DNA from: a virus
Lineage: Duplodnaviria > Caudoviricetes
Direction: 5' to 3' (one strand)
DNA length: 45,252 bases
Virus record (IMG/VR): IMGVR_UViG_3300048575_000491
Coordinates: 1-45,252 of that record
Made by a program: the position numbers and the translations under genes
The notes under the pieces: generated by a model
Database searches by the model: none
Seen by the model: only the letters and a program-made list of their open reading frames with translations
What the model was told of the DNA's origin: nothing
In this document: positions 1 through 8,780 of the stretch, in pieces
How positions within the stretch are numbered: position 1 is the stretch's first letter
How the letters are laid out: every line of letters begins with the position of its first letter

Positions 1-1143
1 CTAGACCCCGACTGCCTCTTTTGTTTTGAATGGAATCACTTTCGCCGGACCTCGCTTACCCATGACCCCTTCCAGAGCATCCCGCGTCTGTTCGAGGCCG
101 AGGCCCGCAAGGTAACGGGTTGTGGTCTGCGCGGACTCGTGTCGAAGGACCGCCTGAACCACGGCCACGGGTTGGCCCGCCTGATAAAGGGTCGTGGCGG
201 TCAAGTGCCGGATCGCATGAAACCCGAACGGCTTGACCCCAGCCCTCTCGCACAGCTTTTTCATGAAGTGTTGCCGGTATCGGAAGGGTTGGCCCGCGTA
301 CTGGCAACCGAAGCCCTGTTCTTCTGTGACCACGAACACATGTTCGGCCTGTTTGAATGGCCGACTCTCCCACCACCATCGGAAGCTGTCCTGTAGGTCG
401 CTGGTCATCGGGAGCCATGCGGCCTTCGTGGAGCCATCAGCCGTCTTCTTGGTTGTGAGCCTGATCCTGCCTGTCGTGAAGTCAACGTCCGACCATTTGA
501 GCCGGAACAGTTCGCTGCGTCTGGCTCCAGTGTGGAGGTAGGCCAGGAGCAAAACCTTGTCCTGGCCCTCGGCAGCGTCGAGAACCTTCCAGAAGTCATC
601 CTCTGGCGGCACGTAGCGTGGTTCTTTCTCTTCCGGGAACCTGTTGGCCTTCAGAAACGGATTGTCGCCTGGAGGGAAACCGTCGAGATACGACTGTCCC
701 CACTTCCAAGCCGTCGCCAAGTTCTTCCGGTCTTTGTTGGCCGCGTAGCCACTCCGAGAGCGATAGACGCCTTGTAGGTGCTTAAGCACCAGAGCCGGGG
801 TCACGTCCTCGACGGGCGCTTCCGGCTTAAGCCGCTGAAACAACGCCTTGAAGGCCGTCACCTTCTCCTTCAGCGTGGGCGGTGCTTTCCGCAATTTCAC
901 GTCGTCGAGATAAGCGTTTGCCCACTCCCCCACCGACAAGGAGGCCGTGACGGTCATCGAAGCTGCTTCCTTGGCTTGCTCGGCCAGTTCGACTTTCGTC
1001 TTTTCCTCCCAGAGGATCGCTTGCCGCTGGTCCTCCCTGGTGCTTCCGAACCACTTTGAGGCGACGATCTTCCCGTCCATGAACACTTGGGCGCGCCAGC
1101 GAAGAACGCCGCGCCGCTTCGTTTGCGTAGGCATTGAGTGCAT
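1..1143 (-). CDS. int: Tyrosine recombinase/integrase (start possibly 1134)
   Basis: Catalytic set: TGARRSE (R), TKK (K), FHAIRH (HxxR), LRH, TTRY (Y). Confidence 0.95.
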   Translation of the reverse strand: MHSMPTQTKRRGVLRWRAQVFMDGKIVASKWFGSTREDQRQAILWEEKTKVELAEQAKEAASMTVTASLSVGEWANAYLDDVKLRKAPPTLKEKVTAFKALFQRLKPEAPVEDVTPALVLKHLQGVYRSRSGYAANKDRKNLATAWKWGQSYLDGFPPGDNPFLKANRFPEEKEPRYVPPEDDFWKVLDAAEGQDKVLLLAYLHTGARRSELFRLKWSDVDFTTGRIRLTTKKTADGSTKAAWLPMTSDLQDSFRWWWESRPFKQAEHVFVVTEEQGFGCQYAGQPFRYRQHFMKKLCERAGVKPFGFHAIRHLTATTLYQAGQPVAVVQAVLRHESAQTTTRYLAGLGLEQTRDALEGVMGKRGPAKVIPFKTKEAVGV

Positions 1144-1363
1144 CCCTCAGTCGGTTTTCAAAGAACCTGAACACGTTGGGTGCAACCCGAACGCCTCCCA
1201 GACGTTCATAGTGCCGCCGCACGGTTCGGGCGTCAACGCCCACGATCTCGGCCACCTCCTGCGCGGTGAGGGGTCTTCCGAGTTCTTCGGCCAGTGAGGC
1301 CGGTTCCTTCCTGTCGCTGCTATCCCTGAAAACGGCGTTCAGCCGTGCCGGACTGCCGCTCAC
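827..1363 (-). CDS. HTH excisionase-like protein whose C-terminal frame overlaps int
   Basis: LTAQEVAEIVGVDARTVRRHY HTH directly upstream of int. GTG at 1363 is preceded by GGAGG; the ORF track start is 1411. Confidence 0.65.
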   Translation of the reverse strand: MSGSPARLNAVFRDSSDRKEPASLAEELGRPLTAQEVAEIVGVDARTVRRHYERLGGVRVAPNVFRFFENRLRDALNAYANEAARRSSLARPSVHGREDRRLKVVRKHQGGPAASDPLGGKDESRTGRASQGSSFDDRHGLLVGGGVGKRLSRRREIAESTAHAEGEGDGLQGVVSAA

Positions 1364-1365
1364 CT

Positions 1366-1539
1366 CTAGACCTCCGTCCACTCGTAGTGCCAATCGGAAC
1401 GCCAACTGCATTCATGGCATGAAAAGTCTGTTGGCTTGCCGGTTGAGTAGCTTGGCTTTGAGCACTCGTAGCAGATCGAAGGCTTTACGAGCTTCTTCTT
1501 GCGCTGTTTAACACCTGTGACACTTTCTTCGCGTTTCAT
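1366..1539 (-). CDS. 57-aa CxxC...CxxC zinc-binding protein (not in ORF track)
   Basis: Manual translation MKREESVTGVKQRKKKLVKPSICYECSKPSYSTGKPTDFSCHECSWRSDWHYEWTEV*. Strong AAGGAG RBS; the stop abuts the xis start. Confidence 0.55.
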   Translation of the reverse strand: MKREESVTGVKQRKKKLVKPSICYECSKPSYSTGKPTDFSCHECSWRSDWHYEWTEV

Positions 1540-1711
1540 CGCTGCTCCTTTCTTGTGTTGTCGCTCATCACTGCGAGAAGGAGCAAGACGTTAGCACGGA
1601 CACTGCGGTTGTCAACGAAGAATTTTAAGAAAACCTGAGTGTCATCGCTGTCAATTTTCTTTCTACTGCGCTTTCGGTGTGTTGCGAAATTCGCCGGACC
1701 TACCCTGGCCC

Positions 1712-1965
1712 ATGCTCCCCGCCAAGATCATCATCGGCAAGTCCCCTGTGTCCACCAACGCTGACGGCCTTATCAGCCTGACCGACCTGTGGAAGGCGGC
1801 GGGGAGGGCCAATAAGAAGCAACCCAAACTGTGGCTGCTGAACGATAGCACCCAGGAGTTCATTGATTCTGTTGCCGGCAAGGGGGGAGGTAGGAAATCC
1901 TACCTCGCCGTGAAACGAGGCGGCCACGACCAGGGAACTTACGCCCACTGGCAGATCGCTCTGGC
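1712..1965 (+). pseudogene. Truncated KilA-N DNA-binding domain gene
   Basis: ISLTDLWKAAG...PKLWL...GTYAHWQIALA is KilA-N-like, but similarity stops before the usual final helix. The frame runs on to 2233. Confidence 0.6.
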
Positions 1966-2138
1966 TCTCGACCCTGATGGCGAAGGAACAGGAATTTGTC
2001 TGCAAAGTCGCGGAACAAAGCCAAACGAGCGATTCCTATATCGTCCAGACCAGACGCGGTGGACAAGCCCGCCCTTTGCCCTGTATCGACTTTTGCGTTT
2101 GCCGTTAAAACAGCTTCTACAGACAGATTGGGGCGATT

Positions 2139-2726
2139 ATGAATTGGGAAAACATAATGTCTGGTTTTGCAGGGGCAATAATCGCTATCCCAGCTTCGTT
2201 CCTGGGAATATGGTGGACGTATCGCCTGAATGACAAAGCTGCTCTTGCTAGCGAGAAGAGCCGGGTTGATAGATTTATTCTATCCGCATACGACGAAACC
2301 AAGATGCTGATAGAAGACTACAGAGCGATACTGAAGGACCACATAATTGAGCCCGACAAGGGCAATGCATTCTTTTCAATGCTTGCAGTTAGTCATGCAA
2401 ATTTTGCCTTGTACGAGTCGAGTGCCCATATTGTCGCAAGTATAAAAGACAACGAGACAAGGCAACTGATAATCTCTCTGTACAATAGCGCCAGACTGCT
2501 AAATGGCGCAATAGAACTCAACAATAAGACGCTTCAAAACCTTGGTACAGAAACAAGAAGTCTGATGAATAGTCCTGTTGAAGCGATTTATTCCAGGCCA
2601 GTCGGAGGGAATTCGAGACTCAAGGAAAGTTCTAATCAAATAGTATCGAGCTATAACCGCCTAGTATGTTTGCACAAAGAGCTTGCTATAAAGTGTGAAG
2701 CGATGGGGCTGAAGGCTATACCTTAG
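2139..2726 (+). CDS. Hypothetical protein with N-terminal transmembrane helix (AT-richer cargo)
   Basis: 195-aa ORF with the hydrophobic segment IMSGFAGAIIAIPASFLGIWW; visibly lower GC than its flanks. Confidence 0.75.
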   Translation: MNWENIMSGFAGAIIAIPASFLGIWWTYRLNDKAALASEKSRVDRFILSAYDETKMLIEDYRAILKDHIIEPDKGNAFFSMLAVSHANFALYESSAHIVASIKDNETRQLIISLYNSARLLNGAIELNNKTLQNLGTETRSLMNSPVEAIYSRPVGGNSRLKESSNQIVSSYNRLVCLHKELAIKCEAMGLKAIP

Positions 2727-2754
2727 CGTAGACGCCATCTTTCCTAGTCGTGAC

Positions 2755-3990
2755 TTGATTCGCAAGTTCCAAACAGTCGAAAAGCCGACTGTTACCGGCA
2801 GCAAGACCAAACAGCTTGTCGAGTCCTGGCGAATGAACCAGGCCCTGGTTGACGGCAAGTTTCCTGCCGACCTTGGACTTCCGCTCAAGGGGGGTGGAAA
2901 TCTTACCCCCTTAGACCTCCGTTCTCGTCTCGACGCCATGCGTCAGTCGAAGACCCAGGCTGAACCCGAGCGCAACCGTCGTGCTGATTCTGTCCTGCGC
3001 GAACTGGTGGACGGTCTGGAGCGTGTCGGCAAGGAAGGCGTTCCCGAGAAGCGCCAGGGTCCGTCTTACGAATCCAAGGCTCCGAAGCCGGTTCCATCGG
3101 CCCGGGACGCCTTGGCCTGGTTGGCAGACGCCATGGAAGCCAAGGGTCACCCGGAAGCTGGTGTGGTTCGTGAAGCTGCGGAAGCGGTCAAGGCTCCGGT
3201 GGAGGCCAAAGCCGAGGTGGCCAAGGAGAGTGTTCGAGATTCTGAAATCAAGAACACTCCCGTCGCTGCTGAAAAAGTTGCTCCGGTAAAGGTCGCCAAG
3301 GGAAAAGGGCAAGATTCTGCCCTTATCCAGCAACCCACTGCCGTCACTGAGAAACCTTCTCCAGTCGAGCCAACACCCACCAAGTCACCCCGGAAGTCAC
3401 CCGGTAAGTCACCCGGTAAGTCTGCCCTGGCCAAGGAGATGGAGGCCATGGGTTTGGACTTTGCCAAGCCCGAGGACTACGCGACCTACCGGATCATGAA
3501 GCTGATCGAAGGTGGCAAGCCTCTGCCCCAGGAGAAGGTGGCCAGGAAGAAAGCGTCCCGGGACAAAACTGACACCGTTGACAAAGAGGCTGAAGCTCGT
3601 CTGGCTGAAGACCTGGCTCGTGAGGAGTCCAAGGCTCGTAAGCGTGTTGAGGAGGAGAAAGCCAGGGACGAACAGCCGGAAGTTGAGCCAGATGGGGAGG
3701 AAGGGAAAGGTAGCCAGGGACTACCTTTTGCCGAAACCCCCTCTGATTCCAAGGAAAAATCTGCGGATGAGGACGGTAAGGTTGGTTCTCCGAAATCGGA
3801 GGTCCAAGAAAAGCCCACCCGTAAGGCCAAGAAATCCACCCCAACCACTCCCGAGCAAGCGGCCAAGGAAGCTCTTTGGAAGTTCCAGGCGGCAATTTCT
3901 CCTTCGGAAGGAGAGATCACCAACAAGCACTTTTCTGTGCTTGCCGTTCCGACTACCCTCCCGACATGCCGACGCCCTTCGATCCGTTAA
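2755..3990 (+). CDS. Low-complexity K/E/P/A-rich hypothetical protein (true start uncertain)
   Basis: 411-aa ORF with coding-like codon bias and an SPRK-SPGK-SPGK repeat. Confidence 0.65.
   Translation: MIRKFQTVEKPTVTGSKTKQLVESWRMNQALVDGKFPADLGLPLKGGGNLTPLDLRSRLDAMRQSKTQAEPERNRRADSVLRELVDGLERVGKEGVPEKRQGPSYESKAPKPVPSARDALAWLADAMEAKGHPEAGVVREAAEAVKAPVEAKAEVAKESVRDSEIKNTPVAAEKVAPVKVAKGKGQDSALIQQPTAVTEKPSPVEPTPTKSPRKSPGKSPGKSALAKEMEAMGLDFAKPEDYATYRIMKLIEGGKPLPQEKVARKKASRDKTDTVDKEAEARLAEDLAREESKARKRVEEEKARDEQPEVEPDGEEGKGSQGLPFAETPSDSKEKSADEDGKVGSPKSEVQEKPTRKAKKSTPTTPEQAAKEALWKFQAAISPSEGEITNKHFSVLAVPTTLPTCRRPSIR
3382..3422 (+). repeat. 12-bp tandem repeat x3 (AAGTCACCCGGT)
   Basis: Read directly; encodes KSPRKSPGKSPGKS. 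Confidence 0.85.
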
Positions 3991-4253
3991 GCTGGCTGAC
4001 CTCAAAAGGGGTGACCGCGAAGCTCATGCCCGATGGATCGGTGCAACTGCTGTTCGATAGCTCCACGAGGAGGCCAGAGCGTGAACGGATAAAGCGCGTG
4101 ATCTTCAATGGTTACTTGTCGCTGCTGAGAATGCAACTCGACGTACCTGACGGGACGAAGCCGAGGAGCGTATTCCAGTTGCTAGCCAGTGGCCGGCTGA
4201 AGATCGTCGAGGGCAAGTATGTGACGGTGAGAGGTGGGCAGGAACGAAGCTGA
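3966..4253 (+). CDS. Hypothetical protein
   Basis: MPTPFDPLSWL... within ORF 3876..4253, overlapping the upstream stop. Confidence 0.55.
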   Translation: MPTPFDPLSWLTSKGVTAKLMPDGSVQLLFDSSTRRPERERIKRVIFNGYLSLLRMQLDVPDGTKPRSVFQLLASGRLKIVEGKYVTVRGGQERS

Positions 4254-4677
4254 ATTTCCTACCCACGAGTGTCTCTCTTATCCCTACTCCAACCCTTCCA
4301 CACCCATCCAATCCCCATCCCATACTTCCATATGTGGTCCACTTTCGCCAGCCAACCCGCATGGATGCTGGATTTTGCTGACCACTTTGGGTTCGGAACT
4401 TCGCTGCCCTTGTTCCATCCATCCTTCCTCCTCATTACTCAGACGCCAACGGTGATAACATGCCGCAGTTCCAGTGTTTTTCATCAACGCAAGGGAGCGA
4501 CGCCGAAACGGACGGGAAAGGCCCTGTCTGTTGCTCCACTAGCCAGCGACAGATAACAGACAGATCAACCCAGCAAACCAAGGGATGAGGAAGGCACGTG
4601 AAACGCCGCAACGCAAGTGAACGTGCCCTATATCTTCCTATGTCTTTAGAATCCTGAAAGGCCTAAAGACCTACTTT

Positions 4678-4793
4678 GTCCTCAACCAGGGGACATAGAG
4701 GTATCAACCAGGGGACATAGGGTATCAATGAGGGGACATGTTTTAGCAGGCGGTGTCAACCAAGGGACATAAGGGTATCAACTAGGGGACACC
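4678..4793. repeat. Five ~20-bp iterons (consensus GGTATCAACCAGGGGACATA), putative replication origin
   Basis: Copies at ~4678, 4700, 4721, 4752 and 4774 (spacing 22/21/31/22). The last copy abuts the rep stop codon. Confidence 0.85.
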
Positions 4794-5498
4794 CTAGAAG
4801 TCAGCGGCCATCCCGTACTCGAAGTCATCAACCTCTGCATCATCCCCGTGATACGTCCAGCCAACCGCATGGAGTCGCACGGCCCAAGAGCCATCCCCTT
4901 GTCGCGTGATGATCCCGCCTTCTTCCAGCGCCTTGACCAGACCGCCGAACTTGGAGCGCGTAACGCCTGACCACCGGAGCCAATTCGCCTGACGAGTTGA
5001 GCAGTAGTCAACTTCGCGCCACCGATAGTCCTCGCCAATGTCATCCCCGAAGTCTCTGTTCGTCGCTTTGACGCGCATGGCGAAGTACAGTGACTTTGCG
5101 GCTGGCGTCAGCCTCACCCACTCAGGGGACATGACGAGGTCTTTGTAGATAAAGATCACGTCGTTGCGCCGGTCTGGCTTCTCCACGAGGTATCGGTAAT
5201 GGCTGGCCGGTCGTTTGCCGACCTCCTCCCTGTCGAGCAGTCCCTGCGTGAGGAGCTTTTCGACTGAGGACTTCACCGTATTGACCGCAAGCCCTGTGTG
5301 CTTGGCTATGTGCCGCTGGCCGGGGAAAGCGAAGCCTTCCTTGTTGGCGTGGACAGCGATATGGATGAAGACGCTTCTGGCGCTATGCCCGACCTGATGG
5401 AACGGTGAAGCTAGATCGGTCAGCAACTCCTTACGGAGCTTGTAGAAGTTCTTGTCGAACTTGGCTGGTGGTGGGTCGGCAGGGTCGCTCACGGTCAT
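4794..5498 (-). CDS. Winged-HTH replication initiator-like protein
   Basis: AFPGQRHIAKHTGLAVNTVKSSVEKLLTQGLL HTH plus a second wHTH-like half; adjacent iterons; GGAG RBS before ATG 5498. Confidence 0.7.
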   Translation of the reverse strand: MTVSDPADPPPAKFDKNFYKLRKELLTDLASPFHQVGHSARSVFIHIAVHANKEGFAFPGQRHIAKHTGLAVNTVKSSVEKLLTQGLLDREEVGKRPASHYRYLVEKPDRRNDVIFIYKDLVMSPEWVRLTPAAKSLYFAMRVKATNRDFGDDIGEDYRWREVDYCSTRQANWLRWSGVTRSKFGGLVKALEEGGIITRQGDGSWAVRLHAVGWTYHGDDAEVDDFEYGMAADF

Positions 5499-5802
5499 GG
5501 GCTTGTTCTCCGGTTGGGGGTTGGTATCAGGGCAATACACTAGACTCAGCCGCCCTTGATGGTGGCGGCCGTGGCTCACTGGTCATGGTTCCTCCGTTGT
5601 CTGAGAGGTAGTGAAATAGCCCCTAAAGGGCTTGTGTCAACGATGTTGGCGAAGGAAAGTGGAAATTTGTGCAGAATGGGAATTTGTAAGCGGTGTCAAA
5701 CTCTTCAGCCTAGGTGCAGTGTGCGACCATCGTCCTCAATTTGACAGCTTTTGCTTCAACTGAAAACGAATCTGTGAGCGGTGTCAGTTCGCTTTAAGCT
5801 AG

Positions 5803-6135
5803 CTACGCCGCTTTCCTGCCCATCGCCGCCTCAATCTTCGCAGCACGAGTCACAAGCTCGTCAATGGCCGCAAGGTAACGCTGCCAGTGGATCGGCTGGC
5901 TATGTCTGGCAAACTCCTCCTTGAACCCTGACAGTTCGCCGAGTCGCCAGGACTCAGCCCAAGCTCGTTGGCCTGGAAGGCGGGTCAGGACGATATATTC
6001 GGACTCTCCAGCGACAGGGCCGATCCTGACTTCGACTTCAACTGAGCCGAGCCGGACAACGTCCTTGACCAGGGTGCGGACGGGTAAGCCGTATGGCTCT
6101 TCTCGACAATCGGTGGTGCAGTTCACTTTTCTCAT
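5803..6135 (-). CDS. Hypothetical protein
   Basis: GAGGAGG RBS before ATG 6135; open frame to 5803. Confidence 0.6.
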   Translation of the reverse strand: MRKVNCTTDCREEPYGLPVRTLVKDVVRLGSVEVEVRIGPVAGESEYIVLTRLPGQRAWAESWRLGELSGFKEEFARHSQPIHWQRYLAAIDELVTRAAKIEAAMGRKAA

Positions 6136-6301
6136 TGGCGGTTTCCTCCTCACTTTGAAAGCTCCTGAAGGACTTGCGTCTAGTAGTGCTCAGACGCATG
6201 GGTGATTGTTGGGTGGTTGACGTATTTACTGGGTTCCTGGCCGAAATAGATTTTTTCACGATGTCTAGGTCATGTCGGAATCGTGATTCATACAACCCCT
6301 C

Positions 6302-6418
6302 TTACGACCGACTTTTGTGTTTGAACTCCTCGACTCCTTGAAGCTGGTTGCGAAGGAGAAGCGTTTCAATGCGGAGCATGTCGATGAGGATTGCTTGGAG
6401 CAGTTCCTTTGTGCTCAT
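6302..6418 (-). CDS. 38-aa small protein (not in ORF track)
   Basis: MSTKELLQAILIDMLRIETLLLRNQLQGVEEFKHKSRS*. AGGAGG RBS; begins 3 nt after the RHH gene stop. Confidence 0.4.
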   Translation of the reverse strand: MSTKELLQAILIDMLRIETLLLRNQLQGVEEFKHKSRS

Positions 6419-6421
6419 GGG

Positions 6422-6598
6422 CTACCTTCCTCCTGTGAATTTGACCTTGCCTGTCTGGCTGGGGTCGATGTGAAGCAGAGCCAGGAAGAGAGCCTCGCGC
6501 ATGACTTGCGTCAACGGTAGACGCAGTTTCTTCGCCAGACGCTCGTATGCCTGGATCGTTCCTTGGTCGATTCTGAAAGATTGCACTGTGAGGGCCAT
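6422..6598 (-). CDS. 58-aa ribbon-helix-helix (CopG-like) regulator (not in ORF track)
   Basis: MALTVQSFRIDQGTIQAYERLAKKLRLPLTQVMREAL... shows the beta-alpha-alpha pattern; AAGGAG RBS. Confidence 0.65.
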   Translation of the reverse strand: MALTVQSFRIDQGTIQAYERLAKKLRLPLTQVMREALFLALLHIDPSQTGKVKFTGGR

Positions 6599-6634
6599 GT
6601 AATGTGTCTCCTTGACGTGTACGCTGAGGTTGAG

Positions 6635-6665
6635 AAAAAGGGCTGAGTCGCTGATGACCCAGCCC
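6635..6665 (-). terminator. Intrinsic terminator
   Basis: GGGCUGGGUC/GACUCAGCCC stem followed by UUUUU on the minus strand. Confidence 0.6.
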
Positions 6666-6693
6666 CATAGCCAGGGGAAAGAGGCACTGTAGC

Positions 6694-6903
6694 CTACTGA
6701 TCGACTCTGTCGGCCTCGCAGAGCCTAGCAAGTTCTTGAAGCGCCTCTTCTGTCTTGGCTGTTGGCTTATCTCGACCACCGAGAAGCTGTTGAGCGCGGC
6801 CAAGTGAAATGCCAAGATACTTGGCAATGTCGGCAGCGGTCAGGCCTGCACGGCGGAACGTTTCCCGAAGTGGATGAGGCTTCGCCTTGATGTCTTTGAG
6901 CAT
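6694..6903 (-). CDS. XRE/Cro-type HTH protein
   Basis: GLTAADIAKYLGISLGRAQQLLGG; AAGGAG RBS. Confidence 0.75.
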   Translation of the reverse strand: MLKDIKAKPHPLRETFRRAGLTAADIAKYLGISLGRAQQLLGGRDKPTAKTEEALQELARLCEADRVDQ

Positions 6904-7015
6904 ATGTCTCCTTTGAGTGGTGAATTTGTTCAGTGTTCAGAAACAAGCATAGCATACGAGTCGTCGCAATCGTCGTAATCTTGCAGCTTTTGGCATCTGT
7001 TGCCGGACACGATGG

Positions 7016-7053
7016 AAACAAGAAAGCCGCCCACTCGTGAGAGTAGACGGCTT
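7016..7053 (-). terminator. Intrinsic terminator after the resolvase gene
   Basis: 13-bp stem AAGCCGUCUACUC/GAGUGGGCGGCUU (with G-U pairs) and a U-rich tail. Confidence 0.65.
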
Positions 7054-7082
7054 GTTTTGCTGGTATGGTAGGAGGATGCTTG

Positions 7083-7637
7083 TTAGCGGCCGATCTGGTA
7101 GAGTGTCTCCCTCGAAATGCCAAGCTCCTTCGCCAGTGCGGCCTTATTGGTCGAGGCCCTGAACCTCTCCCGGATGCTGGTAGCTTCCTCCTCGGTGAAC
7201 TTCGCCTTCCTGCCCAAGTGCTTGCCCTTGGCCTTGGCGATGGCGATTCCTTCCCGCTGCCGCTCCTTGATTAGTGCCCGCTCGAACTGGGCGACGGCTC
7301 CGAGCATGGACAGCATCAACTCGGAAGTAGCGTCAGACTCGCCGCACCCGAATGCCAACCCCTCCTTGTGGAACCGGACACAGACGCCTCGCTCTCGCAG
7401 CTCCGTCACGATCCGCAGCAAGTCGGCAAGGTTCCGGCAGAGTCGGTCAATGGAGTGGACGTGGAGCGTGTCGCCAGTGCGGACGTACTTCAGGCAATCA
7501 ACCAGCACAGGCCGCTTCGTGTCCTTGCCAGAAGCCTTCTCCTCGAAAACGCGGTCCAAGGCCACGCCTTCAAGCTGCCTGTCGGTCTTCTGGTCCAGGG
7601 TCGAAACGCGTGTGTATCCGACGTGCTGTCCTGACAT
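7083..7637 (-). CDS. Serine recombinase (resolvase/invertase family)
   Basis: GYTRVST catalytic Ser motif, VHSIDRLCR, ERQREGIAIAK and a C-terminal HTH. Confidence 0.95.
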   Translation of the reverse strand: MSGQHVGYTRVSTLDQKTDRQLEGVALDRVFEEKASGKDTKRPVLVDCLKYVRTGDTLHVHSIDRLCRNLADLLRIVTELRERGVCVRFHKEGLAFGCGESDATSELMLSMLGAVAQFERALIKERQREGIAIAKAKGKHLGRKAKFTEEEATSIRERFRASTNKAALAKELGISRETLYQIGR

Positions 7638-7639
7638 GG

Positions 7640-7770
7640 TTGCCTCCTTGTGTCTGGAAACGTCTTAAACTATCGGAGACAGTATGTCAAGGAATACGAT
7701 TTCGACCTTTTCTGACGCGATTCTGGGAGGGTGAACGGGCGTCATACAAGGTACGCTTTTTCGGACAGCA
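7640..7770. promoter_or_regulatory. Probable res site and promoter region of the resolvase
   Basis: Non-coding stretch upstream of the resolvase with TGTC/GACA/TGAC half-site-like motifs; position typical of res. Confidence 0.4.
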
Positions 7771-7920
7771 GGAGGACAGCCGAGGTTAAGGCTACCTGGG
7801 GGTGATGACCCTATCAGCCAGGGCAATTGCGAGTTGGATCACAACCAACCGCCAAGGCCCAAACGAAAAGAGCCGCCTGGACGAATCCAGACGGCCCTTG
7901 AGCGGATGAGGCGGCAACCG

Positions 7921-8136
7921 TTACGCGGCCACAGGCTCCTCTTCCTCAGCCTTCACCAACACGGTCACCGACAAAGAGGCCAGGAGAGCTTCAGCAAAGC
8001 AGCGACGGCAAATCCTGTCTGAAGAAGCCTGGACAAAGTACGCAAGGCCGGACTCGTCTCCCTGGTAGTTCAGAGAAAGCGAAGAGTCATCGACAACATC
8101 GCAGCCGCATTCATAGCAAATAGACATGGCGAACAT
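7921..8136 (-). CDS. Small CxxC...CxxC protein
   Basis: SICYEC...ICRRC; AAGGAG RBS. Confidence 0.55.
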   Translation of the reverse strand: MFAMSICYECGCDVVDDSSLSLNYQGDESGLAYFVQASSDRICRRCFAEALLASLSVTVLVKAEEEEPVAA

Positions 8137-8671
8137 CTCCTTTGCGTTTTGTTGATCGGCACTATAAAGCAGCTTTACGCGGTATGTCTAGGTGTTCGAT
8201 GTCGAACTGTTTGTAACTGCTGGAGAACTTGCGTTGAAGTGGACAGAGGTGCTTTGACAGAGGTGGCATAGGGGGGGGGCGCACCCCTAACCGCCAACCC
8301 ACGTGGACCAAGCTCGACCCAGGGGTATATCAAAGCATCCTTTCCGCTCACGCGTTTTTTACGCTCAGACTCGACCTCGAAATCTCAGACGATGACCCCC
8401 TAGCCCATTGGCCGAAAGCCGAAAAAATTCTGCGCGAGAAAAGTCGAGGGTAAATTCCTACTGATTCAGTGAGGTTTTGTAGCAAGCGACGGGCTTGAAG
8501 GCTGGGCAGGGACAGGAGGGTGAGAATGTGGGTCAATGATTTCGACATCTTATGTCAAAAGTAGCACAACTGAGACACAAGGGAGGAGAGAGATTTTTTA
8601 AGCCTCTCGACGCCGACAACGTCGAAGCAAAAAGTATTCCACGAGGTCCGTCTAAGGCGCTTTTCACCCTT

Positions 8672-8696
8672 GAGGTGGATATAGAGGTGGATATAG
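8672..8696. repeat. Tandem GAGGTGGATATA x2, probable integrase arm-type sites
   Basis: Perfect 12-bp direct repeat ~85 bp inside the att. Confidence 0.6.
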
Positions 8697-8780
8697 TCCT
8701 GGGTGCTTTTGGCGGTATTTGGAGTCTGGGGATGCAGGCAGGAAGCCGCTTAAACACTGGGAAACGTCGGGTTGCACCTT

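Noticed and set aside
4678-4793. CRISPR array
   Set aside because: Gaps between repeats are only 1-11 bp with no unique spacers and no cas genes; the pattern fits iterons.
6640-6680. Additional hammerhead at CTGATGA (6651)
   Set aside because: The motif lies within a terminator hairpin, with no compatible stems I-III.
7083-7637. Gin-like invertase for tail-fibre switching
   Set aside because: It lies outside the prophage end and inside the tRNA element. I saw no inverted fibre cassette or gix-like inverted repeats.
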